Assembly (NCBI GenBank): GCA_039190745.1
Contig: JBCCXZ010000001.1
Span: forward strand, 1 to 64,000
DNA length: 64,000 nt
Source: Planctomycetota bacterium
GTDB taxonomy: Bacteria; Planctomycetota; Planctomycetia; Pirellulales; Lacipirellulaceae
Direction of reading: 5' to 3'
The notes below the pieces were generated by a model. The model was not told where the DNA came from and searched no databases. It worked only from the letters and a program-made list of their open reading frames with translations. This document shows positions 38,484 through 50,491 of this stretch, piece after piece (the first letter of the stretch is position 1; every line of letters starts with the position of its first letter). A program made the position numbers and the translations under genes.

Positions 38484-40430
38484 CTACCGTTTCGGCAGCG
38501 ACCACACTACGGTGAGCCAGCCGCCGTCGCAGTCGATCTGGTTGAGCACCAATGGTCGGTCTTCGAAGCCTTTTACGGGGAGTCTAACGCCTTCGATGGG
38601 GATCTCGGAGGGGAAGCCTTGGCCGGTTTCGGCGCGGGCGTTCATGTTGCCCGATAGCGTGCGGCGGAGGCTGAGCTGCTTGGCGGTCAGCTTCGAGTCC
38701 CACTCGGGGTCGAAGCCCGTGGGGAAGGCGTCAACCGGGCCGGACTTCCGGAGGAGGATCCCGCTGCCGGAAGCCGCGACTTCGTAAGTGACCACCAGGT
38801 CCCAGTTCTTGAGCGGCTCTTCCAGGGCGGTCGAGCCGAGCTCCTCGGCACGCAAGCGGATCGTGGCAACCTGGCCGTCGAACGTCACGCTTGCCGGGCG
38901 GCTCCGGTTGAGCTGCATAAACCATGGTTCGAACCCCGCGTTGTCGGTCGGCTCCGGGGCGGCGCCTTGGGTCGCAGTGGTTTCTTTGCGAGTGGAGAGT
39001 TGCTTCAGCCACTTCGGCGCATTGCCAACAAGCTGCGGTTGCTCGGAAGGGTTGTCTTGTTTGATCACAAGTCCCCCGACCAAGAGCGGCAGCACGTTGT
39101 CGACAGCCGATTCGTGGAGCTGGAACACGATGTCGCCGTCCGCTGCGACTGGGGGCTGGGTGTCGGTCGCCAGGTGGCCGCGGGCCGCGACGGCAGTCAG
39201 CAGGGATACGGCCTCGCTCGAAGAGCTCAGCCTTAGCAGACGCGGCAGTGCGTTGCGACGGGTGAGGGGCAGGATGACTTTTTCTTGATAGTTAGCGTTG
39301 CCCTGGGCGATCGCGTCACGGACCTGCTCGTCGAACCCGGCGGCGACTTTGCGTTTTGCTTTCTGAGTCGCTTCGCGTTCGGCGCAGGGCTTCGACTCGC
39401 AGGCCTTCTTCCAGGCGATTTTCTCGATGAGCTTCTTCCCGACCTTGCCGCCGGTCTTTTGGATCGAACGGATGTTCGTGTTGGTTTTCGCCTGCACCGT
39501 CGACGGGCTCGCGGCAAGATTCTCGCCGTCGGCGGTCACGACGCTCGATGCGCAGAAATCGGTCCGCCCGTTGCTGTAGATGCAGACCGGCTTGCGGCTG
39601 CCGGTGGTGCGGCTGTTGATGACGCCTTCAAAGTGCAGGGCGACCTTGACCTGGTCCGGGCTTTCGAGCGGTTTGACTCGGACCACTCCCGTGGTGTGGG
39701 CGGTGCCGCGGATCGGGGTGCCCTGGATGGTGTCGCGGACGGGCTGCTGTTGAGAAATGGGGCGGCTGGCAACGCCGTTGACGGCGGTCTCGGAGATGCG
39801 TGCGATGAGGTTGGGTTTCTCATAGCCTGCCTCGACGGTTGCGGTGACGTCCGCGGCGGCGCCGAGCCGCTGCAGTGAGCCGATGGCCTCCCCGATCTTC
39901 CAGCGGGTCTCGGGCGTTGGCCGCTCCGCGTGGCGGCGGAGTTGCTCCTGCAAGCCTTCGAGCCGCTTCCGGTAAATCGGCAGCGGGTCGCGGGCCCGTC
40001 CGACGGCGACCCAGAAGGCCGCTTCGCGGTAGTGTTCCACCGCGTCGGCCAGCGCGACGAACTCGGGCAGTTCCAGTCCGGGGTGATTGGCCCGCAGTTT
40101 CATCAGCATCGCGTCGAGGCCGAGCAGGTCGCGGCGCGTCAGCGGAGGCGCCTCGCCGAATTGCGGCTCTAGGGCCTGCCAACCGAGGTAAGTTTGCCAC
40201 GCACGCCAGGCATCGGGGTCGGGCGAGAGCCTTTCCTCAAGCCGCTGTGCCGCGGCTTGTAGCGAGTTTTGGAAGTTCTCGAAGCGGCTCTGAGGCAGGG
40301 GCTCGGCTTCTGTGAGTGCCGCCTTTATGGCAGCGGTTACCGCGGCCTCCTCCGCCGTGGCGAGGCAGGCAGGAGCGGCTAGATAGCCAGATAGGCAAAG
40401 CAGGGCGGCCGCAAGGGCTCGTCGTGGCAT
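38484..40430 (-). CDS. Secreted hypothetical protein (648 aa)
   Basis: Signal peptide; long intact ORF; GGAG upstream. Confidence 0.8.
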   Translation of the reverse strand: MPRRALAAALLCLSGYLAAPACLATAEEAAVTAAIKAALTEAEPLPQSRFENFQNSLQAAAQRLEERLSPDPDAWRAWQTYLGWQALEPQFGEAPPLTRRDLLGLDAMLMKLRANHPGLELPEFVALADAVEHYREAAFWVAVGRARDPLPIYRKRLEGLQEQLRRHAERPTPETRWKIGEAIGSLQRLGAAADVTATVEAGYEKPNLIARISETAVNGVASRPISQQQPVRDTIQGTPIRGTAHTTGVVRVKPLESPDQVKVALHFEGVINSRTTGSRKPVCIYSNGRTDFCASSVVTADGENLAASPSTVQAKTNTNIRSIQKTGGKVGKKLIEKIAWKKACESKPCAEREATQKAKRKVAAGFDEQVRDAIAQGNANYQEKVILPLTRRNALPRLLRLSSSSEAVSLLTAVAARGHLATDTQPPVAADGDIVFQLHESAVDNVLPLLVGGLVIKQDNPSEQPQLVGNAPKWLKQLSTRKETTATQGAAPEPTDNAGFEPWFMQLNRSRPASVTFDGQVATIRLRAEELGSTALEEPLKNWDLVVTYEVAASGSGILLRKSGPVDAFPTGFDPEWDSKLTAKQLSLRRTLSGNMNARAETGQGFPSEIPIEGVRLPVKGFEDRPLVLNQIDCDGGWLTVVWSLPKR

Positions 40431-40606
40431 CGTCTTCTGTTTCCGGAGATTTTCCGCGGCTGAGACCGCTTAGGCGTCTGGACCGGCGGCCGGGGCTCCG
40501 GAGAGTGTACCTCAAATTGGGCAAACTAGAGAGACGATTACGCCGGATGGTGCGATTAGGACCCCGGCCGTGAGAGTCGAATAGGCGGTTTGAGGGCTTC
40601 GCAGCC

Positions 40607-42241
40607 CTACTCGCCCTCTCGGATCGAATTGAAGAACTCCTCGGCATGGGCCCGCCGAGACTTGGGGAGTTGCTCGATGACGAGCGGGTCGGCGTCGGTG
40701 CTGTTTTCCGCGGCCAACTCTTCTTTGATAGCCTCGGCGACCTGGCCGCGCATGTTGGGGCCGTCGGCTTCTCCGGCGAAGACTGCCGCGCCTCGACCGG
40801 GCTTCTGGCGGACCCGGGAGTTGCGGAAGCGAACGTCGTTCTCTTCGTCGGAACGAGATCCACCGCCGCGGCCTTGTCCCATGCCTTGGCCTCTGCCCAT
40901 CCGGTTGCTGAGCTTACCCATGCCCATACCCTCTCCCTCGCACTGGCCCTCGCACATCGAGTCGCGGGCCATCTGGAGCTGATCCATTGCCGAGTCGAGC
41001 ATTTCCATCTCAGCGGACTGCGCCTGCATCTGCTCCATGCTCTTCATCATCTCAGACATCGCGTCGGAAGCACCAGAAGCATCGCCCTGGCTCATACACT
41101 GTTGGCACTCGCTCATCTGCTGAGCGAGTTTGTCGAGCGGGTTGGATTGCTGCTGCTGTTGGAGCTGGTCTAGCTTCTGCTTCAGCTCGCCGGCCTTGGC
41201 CGTGTCGCCCTGCTGCTTGGCCTGCTCGATCTGTTTCTTCAGGTCCTCGGCTGCTTGCTTCTGGGCTTCTGCGGCTTTGGAGAGCTGCTCCTTCAACGCT
41301 TCGAGTTGCTTCTGGAGTTTCTGCTGCGCTTCGGGGCTGAGGTTGCCCTCTTTGATCTGCTGCTGCAGCTTCTTCAGCTCCTGCATCGCGGTCTGCCACT
41401 GGCCGTTCTTCATCGCTTTCATCATCTTGTCGGCGGGCCCTTTGCCGACGTTCTTCACTTTGGAAAGCTGCTTGCGGAGGGCTTCTTGTCCGCCCAGGTT
41501 CGCCTGCCGCTTCTCGAGCTGCTTGGCGAGATCGTTCAGCTTGATCAGCGCTTTCTTGCGGCCGGCCTCTTCGGCCTCGCCCAACTGCTTGGTTTGACGC
41601 TCAAGTTTTTGGAACAACTCTTCGGCGTCCTTGAGTCCTTTCTCTGCCGCCTTCTTCTTTTGCTTCAGCAGCTTCTCGCGGAGGTCCTTGGTGGAGTTCT
41701 CAAGTTGCTCTTTGGTGAGGGCGTCGGGCGCGGGCTCGGGGCTGCTCTCGGCACGGCGGTTGTCGACGAGCAGGATCAAGCAGAACGCCAACGCGGCGGG
41801 GACCAGCGGCCACCAGCCGCGGCGGTCGACCCGCATGCGGAAGCGTTCGTCGACGTCGATGCGGCCGACGGCCCGGAGGGCGTCGTTGACCAGTGCGCGC
41901 CCGGCGGGCGTTTCGGCGTCGTCGGAAGAGAGGGCGAGGCTGCTAGCGACGCGTTCGCGGAGGTCGTAGCGGTGGTCGATCTCCTGGGCGGCTTCGAGCG
42001 GCGTGCGGCTCTTGAGGAAGGTCCAGGCGGCGGCGACCAGCGGCCCGGCGGCCAGAGCCGCGAGCAGGCACCCAGCGCCCCAGCGGTCGGGCAGGTTTTC
42101 GATGGCGATGAGTTTCGGGACCGTGATCGCGATCAGGGCCAGGCAGAACCCAACCAGCCAGCAACGCAAGAGCCGGTTGACGAAGAGTTCTAGCGTCAGA
42201 CGGCGCCGGGCCCGAGAAACCTGCTGTTGGATCTGATCCAT
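40607..42241 (-). CDS. Membrane-anchored Q/K/E-rich coiled-coil protein
   Basis: Three N-terminal TM segments, LRERVASSL, long coiled coil, G/M-rich linker. Confidence 0.8.
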   Translation of the reverse strand: MDQIQQQVSRARRRLTLELFVNRLLRCWLVGFCLALIAITVPKLIAIENLPDRWGAGCLLAALAAGPLVAAAWTFLKSRTPLEAAQEIDHRYDLRERVASSLALSSDDAETPAGRALVNDALRAVGRIDVDERFRMRVDRRGWWPLVPAALAFCLILLVDNRRAESSPEPAPDALTKEQLENSTKDLREKLLKQKKKAAEKGLKDAEELFQKLERQTKQLGEAEEAGRKKALIKLNDLAKQLEKRQANLGGQEALRKQLSKVKNVGKGPADKMMKAMKNGQWQTAMQELKKLQQQIKEGNLSPEAQQKLQKQLEALKEQLSKAAEAQKQAAEDLKKQIEQAKQQGDTAKAGELKQKLDQLQQQQQSNPLDKLAQQMSECQQCMSQGDASGASDAMSEMMKSMEQMQAQSAEMEMLDSAMDQLQMARDSMCEGQCEGEGMGMGKLSNRMGRGQGMGQGRGGGSRSDEENDVRFRNSRVRQKPGRGAAVFAGEADGPNMRGQVAEAIKEELAAENSTDADPLVIEQLPKSRRAHAEEFFNSIREGE

Positions 42242-42442
42242 GGCGGCATCTGCCTTCGCGGTGGGGTAGACTGGCGTGGTACCGGCAACGGCCTAATCAT
42301 ACCGCATCGGCCGCGATGGGTCATTTCGGTTAGCGCCCGGGGTTAAGCGCCGCTGGAGGCAAGCGGTTGCTTTGATAGCTAAATGTGCCGAAACACCGGC
42401 TTCCATCGTCCAACCCCCAATCACAACCACTTGGCGGCCCCC

Positions 42443-42871
42443 ATGGCGGACCAACCCGACACCGCCCTGCCCTCGCCCGCTGAGCGTCCGGAAACCGACG
42501 TCGTCGTCTACGACGGCGACTGCGGCTTCTGCAGGGCTCAGGTGGATCGCCTGTTGTGGTGGGACTGCCAAGGAAAGTTGTCGTACCTCTCCTTGCACGA
42601 CCCTGAAGTCGCACGCCGTTGGCCTGATCTTTCTCGAGACCGGCTGATGGAAGGCATGTGCGTCGTCGACACGAGCGGCGGGCGGCACTGGGGACCCGAG
42701 GCGGTCCGCTACCTCACGTCGCGCTTGCGGCGTTTATGGTGGGCGACGCCGTTGACCTACTTCCCCGGGAGCATGCTCCTCATGCGGCCTGCGTACCGCT
42801 GGATCGCACGCAACCGGTACTGGCTGAGCGGCGCCACGTGCGAGACCGACGCCTGCAGCCTGAATCACTAA
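42443..42871 (+). CDS. DCC-family thiol-disulfide oxidoreductase (DUF393)
   Basis: VYDGDCGFC, YRWIARNRY, C-terminal CxxxxC. Confidence 0.9.
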   Translation: MADQPDTALPSPAERPETDVVVYDGDCGFCRAQVDRLLWWDCQGKLSYLSLHDPEVARRWPDLSRDRLMEGMCVVDTSGGRHWGPEAVRYLTSRLRRLWWATPLTYFPGSMLLMRPAYRWIARNRYWLSGATCETDACSLNH

Positions 42872-42880
42872 GGGCCGGCT

Positions 42881-43687
42881 CTACTCGTACTCGTGCTCCG
42901 GCGCCGGGAAGGCGCCCGACTCGACCTCTCCGCGGAACTGCTCGACGGCCTCGACGATCTTCGAGCCGAGCGTTCCGTAGGCTTTGACGAACTTCGGCAG
43001 GTAGCCGGTGTTGATGCCGAGCACGTCGTGGAGCACGAGCACCTGCCCGTCGCAGTGGGGCCCCGCCCCGATGCCGATGGTGGGGATGCCGACCTCGTCG
43101 GTGATTGCTTGTGCGATCTCTGAAGGGATGCACTCCAGCACGATCGCGAACGCGCCTGCTTCGGCGGCGGAGCGTGCGTCGGAGAGCAGCGCCTCTTGAT
43201 CGCGCTGGACGCGGTAGCCGCCCACCTGGTGGACGCTCTGGGGCCGCAGCCCGCAGTGGGCCATCACCGGGATGCCGGCGGAGACGAGGGCGTGGATCGT
43301 CTCGGCCTGATCGGTCCCGGCTTCCAGCTTCACGGCCTGGCAGCGCGTTTCCTTGAGGATCCGCCCGGCGTTCTCGATTGCCTTGTGGCGCCCGACGTGG
43401 TAGCTGGGGAACGGCATATCGACCACCACCAACGCCCGGTCGACCGCCCGGCCGACCATCTCGGCGTGGTAGATCATTTCGTCGAGCGTCACCGGCAGCG
43501 TGTTCTCGTGGCCCTGCACCACCATCGAGAGGCTGTCGCCCACCAGCACAGCGTCGACGCCGGCCTGATCGACCAGCCGGGCCATCGGGTAGTCGTAGGC
43601 CGTAACGACCGAGGCTTTGCGCCCGCTGCCTTTGATCGCTGCAAAGCGGGGCACGGTGACGCGTCGGGCTGGCGGTGAGGTGCTCAT
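42881..43687 (-). CDS. panB: 3-methyl-2-oxobutanoate hydroxymethyltransferase
   Basis: TAYDY, LVGDSL, DMPF, AVKLE, HCGLRPQ, IGIGAG, DGQVLV. Confidence 0.97.
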   Translation of the reverse strand: MSTSPPARRVTVPRFAAIKGSGRKASVVTAYDYPMARLVDQAGVDAVLVGDSLSMVVQGHENTLPVTLDEMIYHAEMVGRAVDRALVVVDMPFPSYHVGRHKAIENAGRILKETRCQAVKLEAGTDQAETIHALVSAGIPVMAHCGLRPQSVHQVGGYRVQRDQEALLSDARSAAEAGAFAIVLECIPSEIAQAITDEVGIPTIGIGAGPHCDGQVLVLHDVLGINTGYLPKFVKAYGTLGSKIVEAVEQFRGEVESGAFPAPEHEYE

Positions 43688-43756
43688 ATGTGTTCAGGCT
43701 AGTCCAGTGGAGTTGGGGCAGTCAAACCGACGTGACAGCGAATCGGTGGCGTGCGG

Positions 43757-44575
43757 CTACGAGCAGACGACAATCCAACCGTTGGTCCGTAACGGGCCGA
43801 GAAGCCACGGCCAGCGGAGGCGGTGGCGGCGTTGGACGTTCAGCGGGATGCGTTCGTCGATCCGGAAGCCGGCCGCACGCAGGTCCGCCCGCAGCTCGGG
43901 CCAGCGGAAGACGTGCAGGAACATGTTCGGCACGCCGCGGTAGGGGAACCAGCGGTCGCCGAATTCGATGTCTCGCTGAGACACCGCCGCGCCGGCGTTC
44001 CGCAGCAGCCACCACGGCCCGCCGGGGTCGCGGAGGTTGAACCAGTAGTTGTGCACATGCAGTATGAATCTCCCGCCGGGTTGGATAATCCGCCGCGCGT
44101 GGCCGAGCGCCTTCTGCCGGTTCGGCCGCCCGCGGATCATTCCTAGCGTGCTGAAGAGGCAGACGGCGTGGTCGACCGACGCCGTGCGGACACCGTCGAG
44201 CGTGACCATGTTCGCCCGGACGCAGCCGATCGGCAGCCGGTCTAGCTGAGCTTTCTCGCGGACGATCCGCAGCATCGGTAGCGAGAGATCGACCGCCAGG
44301 CCTCGGTGCCCGTCTTTGCAGAGCGTCATGAGCGCCCGGCCGGTGCCGCAGCCGAGGTCGGCGACCACGCCGATTCGGTGGGCGAGCCTGCTGCGGATGA
44401 TCTCTTCGTCGAACTCGAACAGGCTGTTGAAGGCGAAGTACTCGTCGTAGTCGTCGGCGACCAAGCTCGATTGGGTGTAGTCCCACAAACCAGGGGAGAC
44501 GCCCTCCGGCAGCCGCCAAGTAGGGCGAGCCTTGCGGGCAGAGTTTGCGGCGGGCTGGGTGTCCGATTGATCCAC
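43757..44575 (-). CDS. Class I SAM-dependent methyltransferase
   Basis: ADLGCGTGR, VDLSLPML, QPGG; start uncertain (GTG 44575 or 44599). Confidence 0.85.
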   Translation of the reverse strand: MDQSDTQPAANSARKARPTWRLPEGVSPGLWDYTQSSLVADDYDEYFAFNSLFEFDEEIIRSRLAHRIGVVADLGCGTGRALMTLCKDGHRGLAVDLSLPMLRIVREKAQLDRLPIGCVRANMVTLDGVRTASVDHAVCLFSTLGMIRGRPNRQKALGHARRIIQPGGRFILHVHNYWFNLRDPGGPWWLLRNAGAAVSQRDIEFGDRWFPYRGVPNMFLHVFRWPELRADLRAAGFRIDERIPLNVQRRHRLRWPWLLGPLRTNGWIVVCS

Positions 44576-44586
44576 GTCGTTGGTAG

Positions 44587-45825
<1,239 letters not shown>

Positions 45826-45855
45826 CCGCGAGGCGTCCAGCAAACCTAAGGCCGG

Positions 45856-47214
45856 CTACCGGTAAGGCGACCAATCGGGAGCCTTCTTCGGCTGCGTGCT
45901 GACCTTCCAGGTGGGGATAGCCTTCTCTGCGCTGGCGGTCTGCACGCGCCGGTCGGTGCTGGACTGTTTCCAGCCACCGCTCTTGGGACCGGCTTGGATC
46001 GCGGCGATCGCACGCTTTACCGGAGCGGGTCTCTTGGCCTTCTCCGAGGTCCGCCAGCCATCGCCGGCGGGTCGCGGGGCGGCCTTCTCCGTGATGGGCT
46101 GGGTCAGGATGCGCACCTCTGCCGTTCCCTTCTGAGGCGGGGGGGACAACGCCTCATGTTCCTCCATCCGCTCCGGCGCGACCGTGACTCGGATTTCGTT
46201 AGCTCCCTCCACGGGCAGCGGTAACGGGCTTGGTTCGGGGACGGAACCCACCGACGCGAGCTTCAATGGTTGGAACCGACGCCGGGTGAGCAGCTTGCGC
46301 CCGTCATAGGTTGTGAAGCGGGCCCAGAGCTCAAGCTTCGCCTCGGGCAGTTCCACGCCCTCGAGCGGCAACTCGAGGTGCAGGCCGCTTCCGAGCGGCG
46401 TTGATTGCCAAGCTTCCGTGGATTCTTCGGGCGTGAAGTCCCACTGATGCAGCTTCTTTGGCTTCGAGACGGACGTGTCGAGCACAAGCAGCGAGACACG
46501 CCCCGACGCTTCGACGACCGACTGCTCGGCGTCCTTGAGTTCGATGACGGTCAGCAGGCTCTCGACCGGCTGTTCGCCGAACAATTGGGTGATCTCAATA
46601 GCGTTGGTCTGCGCGGTAAGCTCTTCCTCGGCAGAGGCGAGTTGCACATCGGCCTGCGATTCGGCGGCAGGCTCTTCCGCCTGATCTCGGCTCTCACTGA
46701 CGGCGAAACCGGTGGGGTCCGGCATCGCGGCGCCAACGGCCGCGTTGCGTGCACTTGGTTGCGGGGTGCTCTGTGAGGTCGGACCGCCGATCTCAAGATC
46801 GGGGATGTCGATGTCATCCGGCGTCGCAGAGGGATCGATGGTCGGCGTGCGCGATCTTGGTCGGAGCGGCACGACGCCGGTCTCCTCGGGTTCGTCCGCG
46901 ATCGCGGGCCCGTCGTCGAGCGGCGGCTCGTCGGCGATCTCGGGTCCGGATTCTGAGTCGACCGTCCCGGTCACGGTCCCGCCGTGCATACGCAGCCCGC
47001 GGAGCTTCTGTGAGTACTCCAGGATGTAATCTTCCAGCTCGTAGATGTAGTCTTCCTGGGCCCGCAGCTCACGCTCCAAGAGATCGATCTGGTTGTCCGT
47101 GGTCGTACGGCAGCCCGCCGCAGAAAACATAAGCAACAGCGTGCCGAACAGCCACGCACTTGTGACGGTCGAACCGCTTTGTTTGCAGACTAGACTCGGG
47201 TGCGTGGCAGACAT
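45856..47214 (-). CDS. Hypothetical lipoprotein
   Basis: Lipobox AAGC, short coiled coil LERELRAQEDYIYELED, disordered linker, globular domain (GLHLELP). Confidence 0.75.
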   Translation of the reverse strand: MSATHPSLVCKQSGSTVTSAWLFGTLLLMFSAAGCRTTTDNQIDLLERELRAQEDYIYELEDYILEYSQKLRGLRMHGGTVTGTVDSESGPEIADEPPLDDGPAIADEPEETGVVPLRPRSRTPTIDPSATPDDIDIPDLEIGGPTSQSTPQPSARNAAVGAAMPDPTGFAVSESRDQAEEPAAESQADVQLASAEEELTAQTNAIEITQLFGEQPVESLLTVIELKDAEQSVVEASGRVSLLVLDTSVSKPKKLHQWDFTPEESTEAWQSTPLGSGLHLELPLEGVELPEAKLELWARFTTYDGRKLLTRRRFQPLKLASVGSVPEPSPLPLPVEGANEIRVTVAPERMEEHEALSPPPQKGTAEVRILTQPITEKAAPRPAGDGWRTSEKAKRPAPVKRAIAAIQAGPKSGGWKQSSTDRRVQTASAEKAIPTWKVSTQPKKAPDWSPYR

Positions 47215-47456
47215 GAACGGGCGTCCCGGTCAGGCAGTGTTCTGGACGAGTGCGTTGGCACGCCAACCGCAAAACGGGCGGCGGCCGGCGTTGGCCTGGC
47301 GATCATCTACAGCGACGAGCAGCGCACGGCACAACGCCGAACGCGGGGCGCCGGATGCGGCGCCGGGCGGGAGGAATAAGCGATGCGGCGAGCCGGGTCA
47401 ACGTCGATCGACGCACCGGTGGGGCAAGGCTGGCGGGCAAGCGGCCGGGAGCCGTG

Positions 47457-48044
47457 CTAGCTCTCCATGCTGGAGACGACCTTGTCGATGATCCGGTACT
47501 CAAGGGCCTCGCCGGCGGACATGAATTTGTCGCGGTCGGTGTCTTGCTCGATCTGTTCGAGCGACTGCCCCGTGTGCTGCAGGAGGATCTTGTTGAGCTT
47601 GTCTTTGGTTTTCTTGTACTCGGTGGCGTGGATCATGATGTCTTCGGCCGTGCCCTCCATGCCGGCGGAGGGCTGGTGGATCATGATCCGGGCGTTGGGC
47701 AGGGCGTGCCGCTTGCCGGCGTGGCCCGCTGCTAGCAGCAGGGCTCCCATCGAGGCGGCCTGGCCGAGGCAATAGGTCGCCACGTCGCAGGTGACGAACT
47801 GCATCGTGTCGTAGATCGCCATGCCGGCGGTGACGCTGCCGCCGGGCGAGTTGATGTAGAAGTGGATGTCTGCCTTCGGGTCGTCGGACTGGAGGAACAG
47901 CATCTGAGCGACGATGCTGTTGGCCACCTCGTCGTTGACGCCCGAGCCCATCAGGACGATGCGGTCTTTGAGCAGCCGGCTGTAGATGTCCATGGCCCGC
48001 TCTTCGCGGCCGGACTTCTCGATGACGTAAGGAATAAGCGGCAT
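47457..48044 (-). CDS. clpP: ATP-dependent Clp protease proteolytic subunit
   Basis: [38 protein letters not shown]. Confidence 0.97.
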   Translation of the reverse strand: MPLIPYVIEKSGREERAMDIYSRLLKDRIVLMGSGVNDEVANSIVAQMLFLQSDDPKADIHFYINSPGGSVTAGMAIYDTMQFVTCDVATYCLGQAASMGALLLAAGHAGKRHALPNARIMIHQPSAGMEGTAEDIMIHATEYKKTKDKLNKILLQHTGQSLEQIEQDTDRDKFMSAGEALEYRIIDKVVSSMES

Positions 48045-48087
48045 AGTGGGCGAGCTCGGTTTGAGTCCGTTCTTGTTTGGTTTGTTA

Positions 48088-48160
48088 TCAGTGGTCCGTT
48101 GTCAGTGGCGGGCAGCAACCATGTGTCGTCCCGACGGACAACTGACCACTGACCACGGAC
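48088..48160. repeat. Inverted arrays of 7-nt tandem repeats
   Basis: tcagtgg-tccgttg-tcagtgg (48088-48108) and acggaca-actgacc-actgacc-acggac (48134-48160). Confidence 0.7.
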
Positions 48161-48163
48161 GAA

Positions 48164-48841
48164 TCACTCGTCTTCGTCCTCTTCGCTGCCGGGCGGTTTG
48201 ATCAGGATGTCGTCGACCAAGCCGAAATCGACTGACTCTTGGGCGGTGAGGTAGTGGTCACGGTCGCAGGCGTTGTGGATTTCCTCCACGCTCTTTCCGC
48301 AGTGCTCAGCCAGGATCTGGTTGAGGGTCTCACGGGTGCGGATGATCTCGTTGGCCTGGATTTCAATGTCGGAGACCTGCCCCCCGACGCCTCCGTGGGG
48401 CTGGTGGATCATGACCTTGGAGTGCTTCAGGGCGAAACGCTTGCCCTTCTCACCGCCGGCAAGCAGCACGGCCCCGCCGCTCGCTGCTAGGCCGACGCAG
48501 TAGGTCGAGACGGGCGGCGAGATCATCTGCATCGTGTCGTAAATCGCAAGGGTCGAGGTGACGCTGCCTCCGGGCGAGTTGATGTAGAAGTGGATGTCCT
48601 TGCGGCGGTTCTCGCTTTGCAGGTACAGCAGCTTCATCACCAGTTCGTTGGCGTTGCCGTCGTAGATCTCCCCCTGGAGGAAGATCACGCGGTTCTCCAG
48701 CAGCAGGTCGCCGAGGGTCATCTGCCGCTGGCGTTGGTAGTCGCGCATCGCAGAGGCGGCGCGGGGCTCGGCCCCGCTGGCAAAGGGCATCGATGCCTGC
48801 TGCATCGACAAAGACCGCGCGAACGCGTCGTCGTGGTTCAT
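48164..48841 (-). CDS. clpP: ATP-dependent Clp protease proteolytic subunit (second paralogue)
   Basis: [33 protein letters not shown]; start uncertain. Confidence 0.95.
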   Translation of the reverse strand: MNHDDAFARSLSMQQASMPFASGAEPRAASAMRDYQRQRQMTLGDLLLENRVIFLQGEIYDGNANELVMKLLYLQSENRRKDIHFYINSPGGSVTSTLAIYDTMQMISPPVSTYCVGLAASGGAVLLAGGEKGKRFALKHSKVMIHQPHGGVGGQVSDIEIQANEIIRTRETLNQILAEHCGKSVEEIHNACDRDHYLTAQESVDFGLVDDILIKPPGSEEDEDE

Positions 48842-49018
48842 CAGATTGCGTGCTCCGGTGTCTTCCTGAACAGTCACGGCATTATTAGGCAAGCGCTGCG
48901 GTGAGGAAACCCGAGCTTGCCCCGCCTCCGTGCGGCATGTGGGAGTAACGTCAAGTTTGAAAGTGAGCCAATCCGGCAAGCTAGCCCTTGCGGGGGCTTG
49001 CATTGTCTTTCACGGGGC

Positions 49019-50491
49019 TCAGCCCTCGTCGCCGCCTTCGGTGTCTGCTGTAGTTTCGATTGCTTCGGGGATCTCGGCGTCGCCCCGTCCGCCGGCAACC
49101 GCCCAGTCGATGGCTTCAACAGTCACCTGATCCGGCTCGAAGGGTTCGTCCTTGAACTTGGCCTCGCCCTGGACACGTTCGAGGACCTTGCGCTCCAGGA
49201 TCTGATTCTGCAGCACGTCCATCAGGCCGCGTTTCTCGATCTGTGCTCGGACGCGACGTGGGGAGTCTCCGCTCTGCATCGCGATCAGCATAATCTCACG
49301 CTCGAAATCGCCCTCCTCGGCCTCGATCGACTCCTCTTCGGCGATCCGTTCGAGGATGAAGTGCTCTTTGAGAGCCGACGCGGTGGACTGGGCGCTGTTC
49401 TGGCGGAGTTCGTTCTCTCGGGCCCGGATCTGGGCCTCGGAAAAGCCCGACCGACGCAGCTCCATGACCGCACGTTCCAGTTCGCGGACGCTCTGTCGCT
49501 TCAGCAGCCCGGGCGGGAGCTCCCAATCAGCCGATGCGGTGAGCTTCGCGGTGATCTGCTGGCGGGCGTTCTGCTGCTGGCGGTACTCGAGCTGCCTAGC
49601 GAGGTCTGCCTTGACCGCCTCGCGGAGTTTCTCTTCCGACTCAAAACCGCCGATCTCGGAGAGGAAGTCCTCGGTGAGCTCGGGCAGCTTAAGCTTCTTC
49701 ACCTCAAGTACGTCAAACTTGACATCGACCTCTTTGCCCCGAAGGTCTTCGTTTGTCGCCTGCGCGGAGATCGTGACCTTTGCCTCGCGGGAGTCGCCAG
49801 CCTTGGCGCCGGACATCGCCTCGATGAAGCCCTCCAAGGTGGCGTCGGTGAAGCTGAGGTTGGGCCGCAGCCGTATCACCCGCTCCTCTTCGCTGTTGAG
49901 CTGCTTGCCGTCGTGGGTCGCGACTAGGTTGACGGAGACGTAGTCGCCCTCCTCCGCCTCGCCGTCGTGGGGGCTGAGCTGACCGTAACGGGAGAGCATC
50001 TGCTCGAGCTGCTGGTCGACATCTTCGTCGGTGAACTCACGCACTGGCCGCGTGACCTCTAGCCCGCGCCACTCGGGGAGATCGAACTCTGGGCGGACCT
50101 CGATGCTGAATTCGAACGTCATCGGACCGTCGGCGGGCAGTTCGACCGCGTCGAGGTCGATTTCGGGTTCGCTGATCGCGGTGAAGGATTGCTCCTCGCT
50201 GATCTGCCCCAGGCTATCCATCAAGAGCGAGCCTTTGATCTGCTCGCCGATGTCTTTCTTGAAGCGGTTTTCGACGAGCTTCCTCGGGGCACGGCCGGCG
50301 CGGAAGCCAGGCACCTCGGCTTTGGGCATCAGCTCGCTGTAGGCGTCGTCGAGGTAGCGCTCGATGTCTTCGCGGGCGATCGTCACGGTGACGTGCCGCT
50401 CGCAGGCGCTGGGGCTCTCGACTTCCACCTCCAAACTGAGGTCGAGGTTCTCTTCTTGAGCGGGGGCTGCTTCTAGTTCTTCCGCTGCCAT
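49019..50491 (-). CDS. tig: Trigger factor
   Basis: VPGFRAGRAP ribosome-binding motif, EVRPEF, FKBP-like middle domain; ATG 50491; upstream of clpP. Confidence 0.95.
   Translation of the reverse strand: MAAEELEAAPAQEENLDLSLEVEVESPSACERHVTVTIAREDIERYLDDAYSELMPKAEVPGFRAGRAPRKLVENRFKKDIGEQIKGSLLMDSLGQISEEQSFTAISEPEIDLDAVELPADGPMTFEFSIEVRPEFDLPEWRGLEVTRPVREFTDEDVDQQLEQMLSRYGQLSPHDGEAEEGDYVSVNLVATHDGKQLNSEEERVIRLRPNLSFTDATLEGFIEAMSGAKAGDSREAKVTISAQATNEDLRGKEVDVKFDVLEVKKLKLPELTEDFLSEIGGFESEEKLREAVKADLARQLEYRQQQNARQQITAKLTASADWELPPGLLKRQSVRELERAVMELRRSGFSEAQIRARENELRQNSAQSTASALKEHFILERIAEEESIEAEEGDFEREIMLIAMQSGDSPRRVRAQIEKRGLMDVLQNQILERKVLERVQGEAKFKDEPFEPDQVTVEAIDWAVAGGRGDAEIPEAIETTADTEGGDEG

Noticed and set aside
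47255..47271. Sigma54-like TTGGCACGCCAACCGCA
   Set aside because: GG-N10-GC spacing is right, but the -12 box is poor, it points antisense into clpP, and it is explained by a local gttggc/gccaac palindrome.
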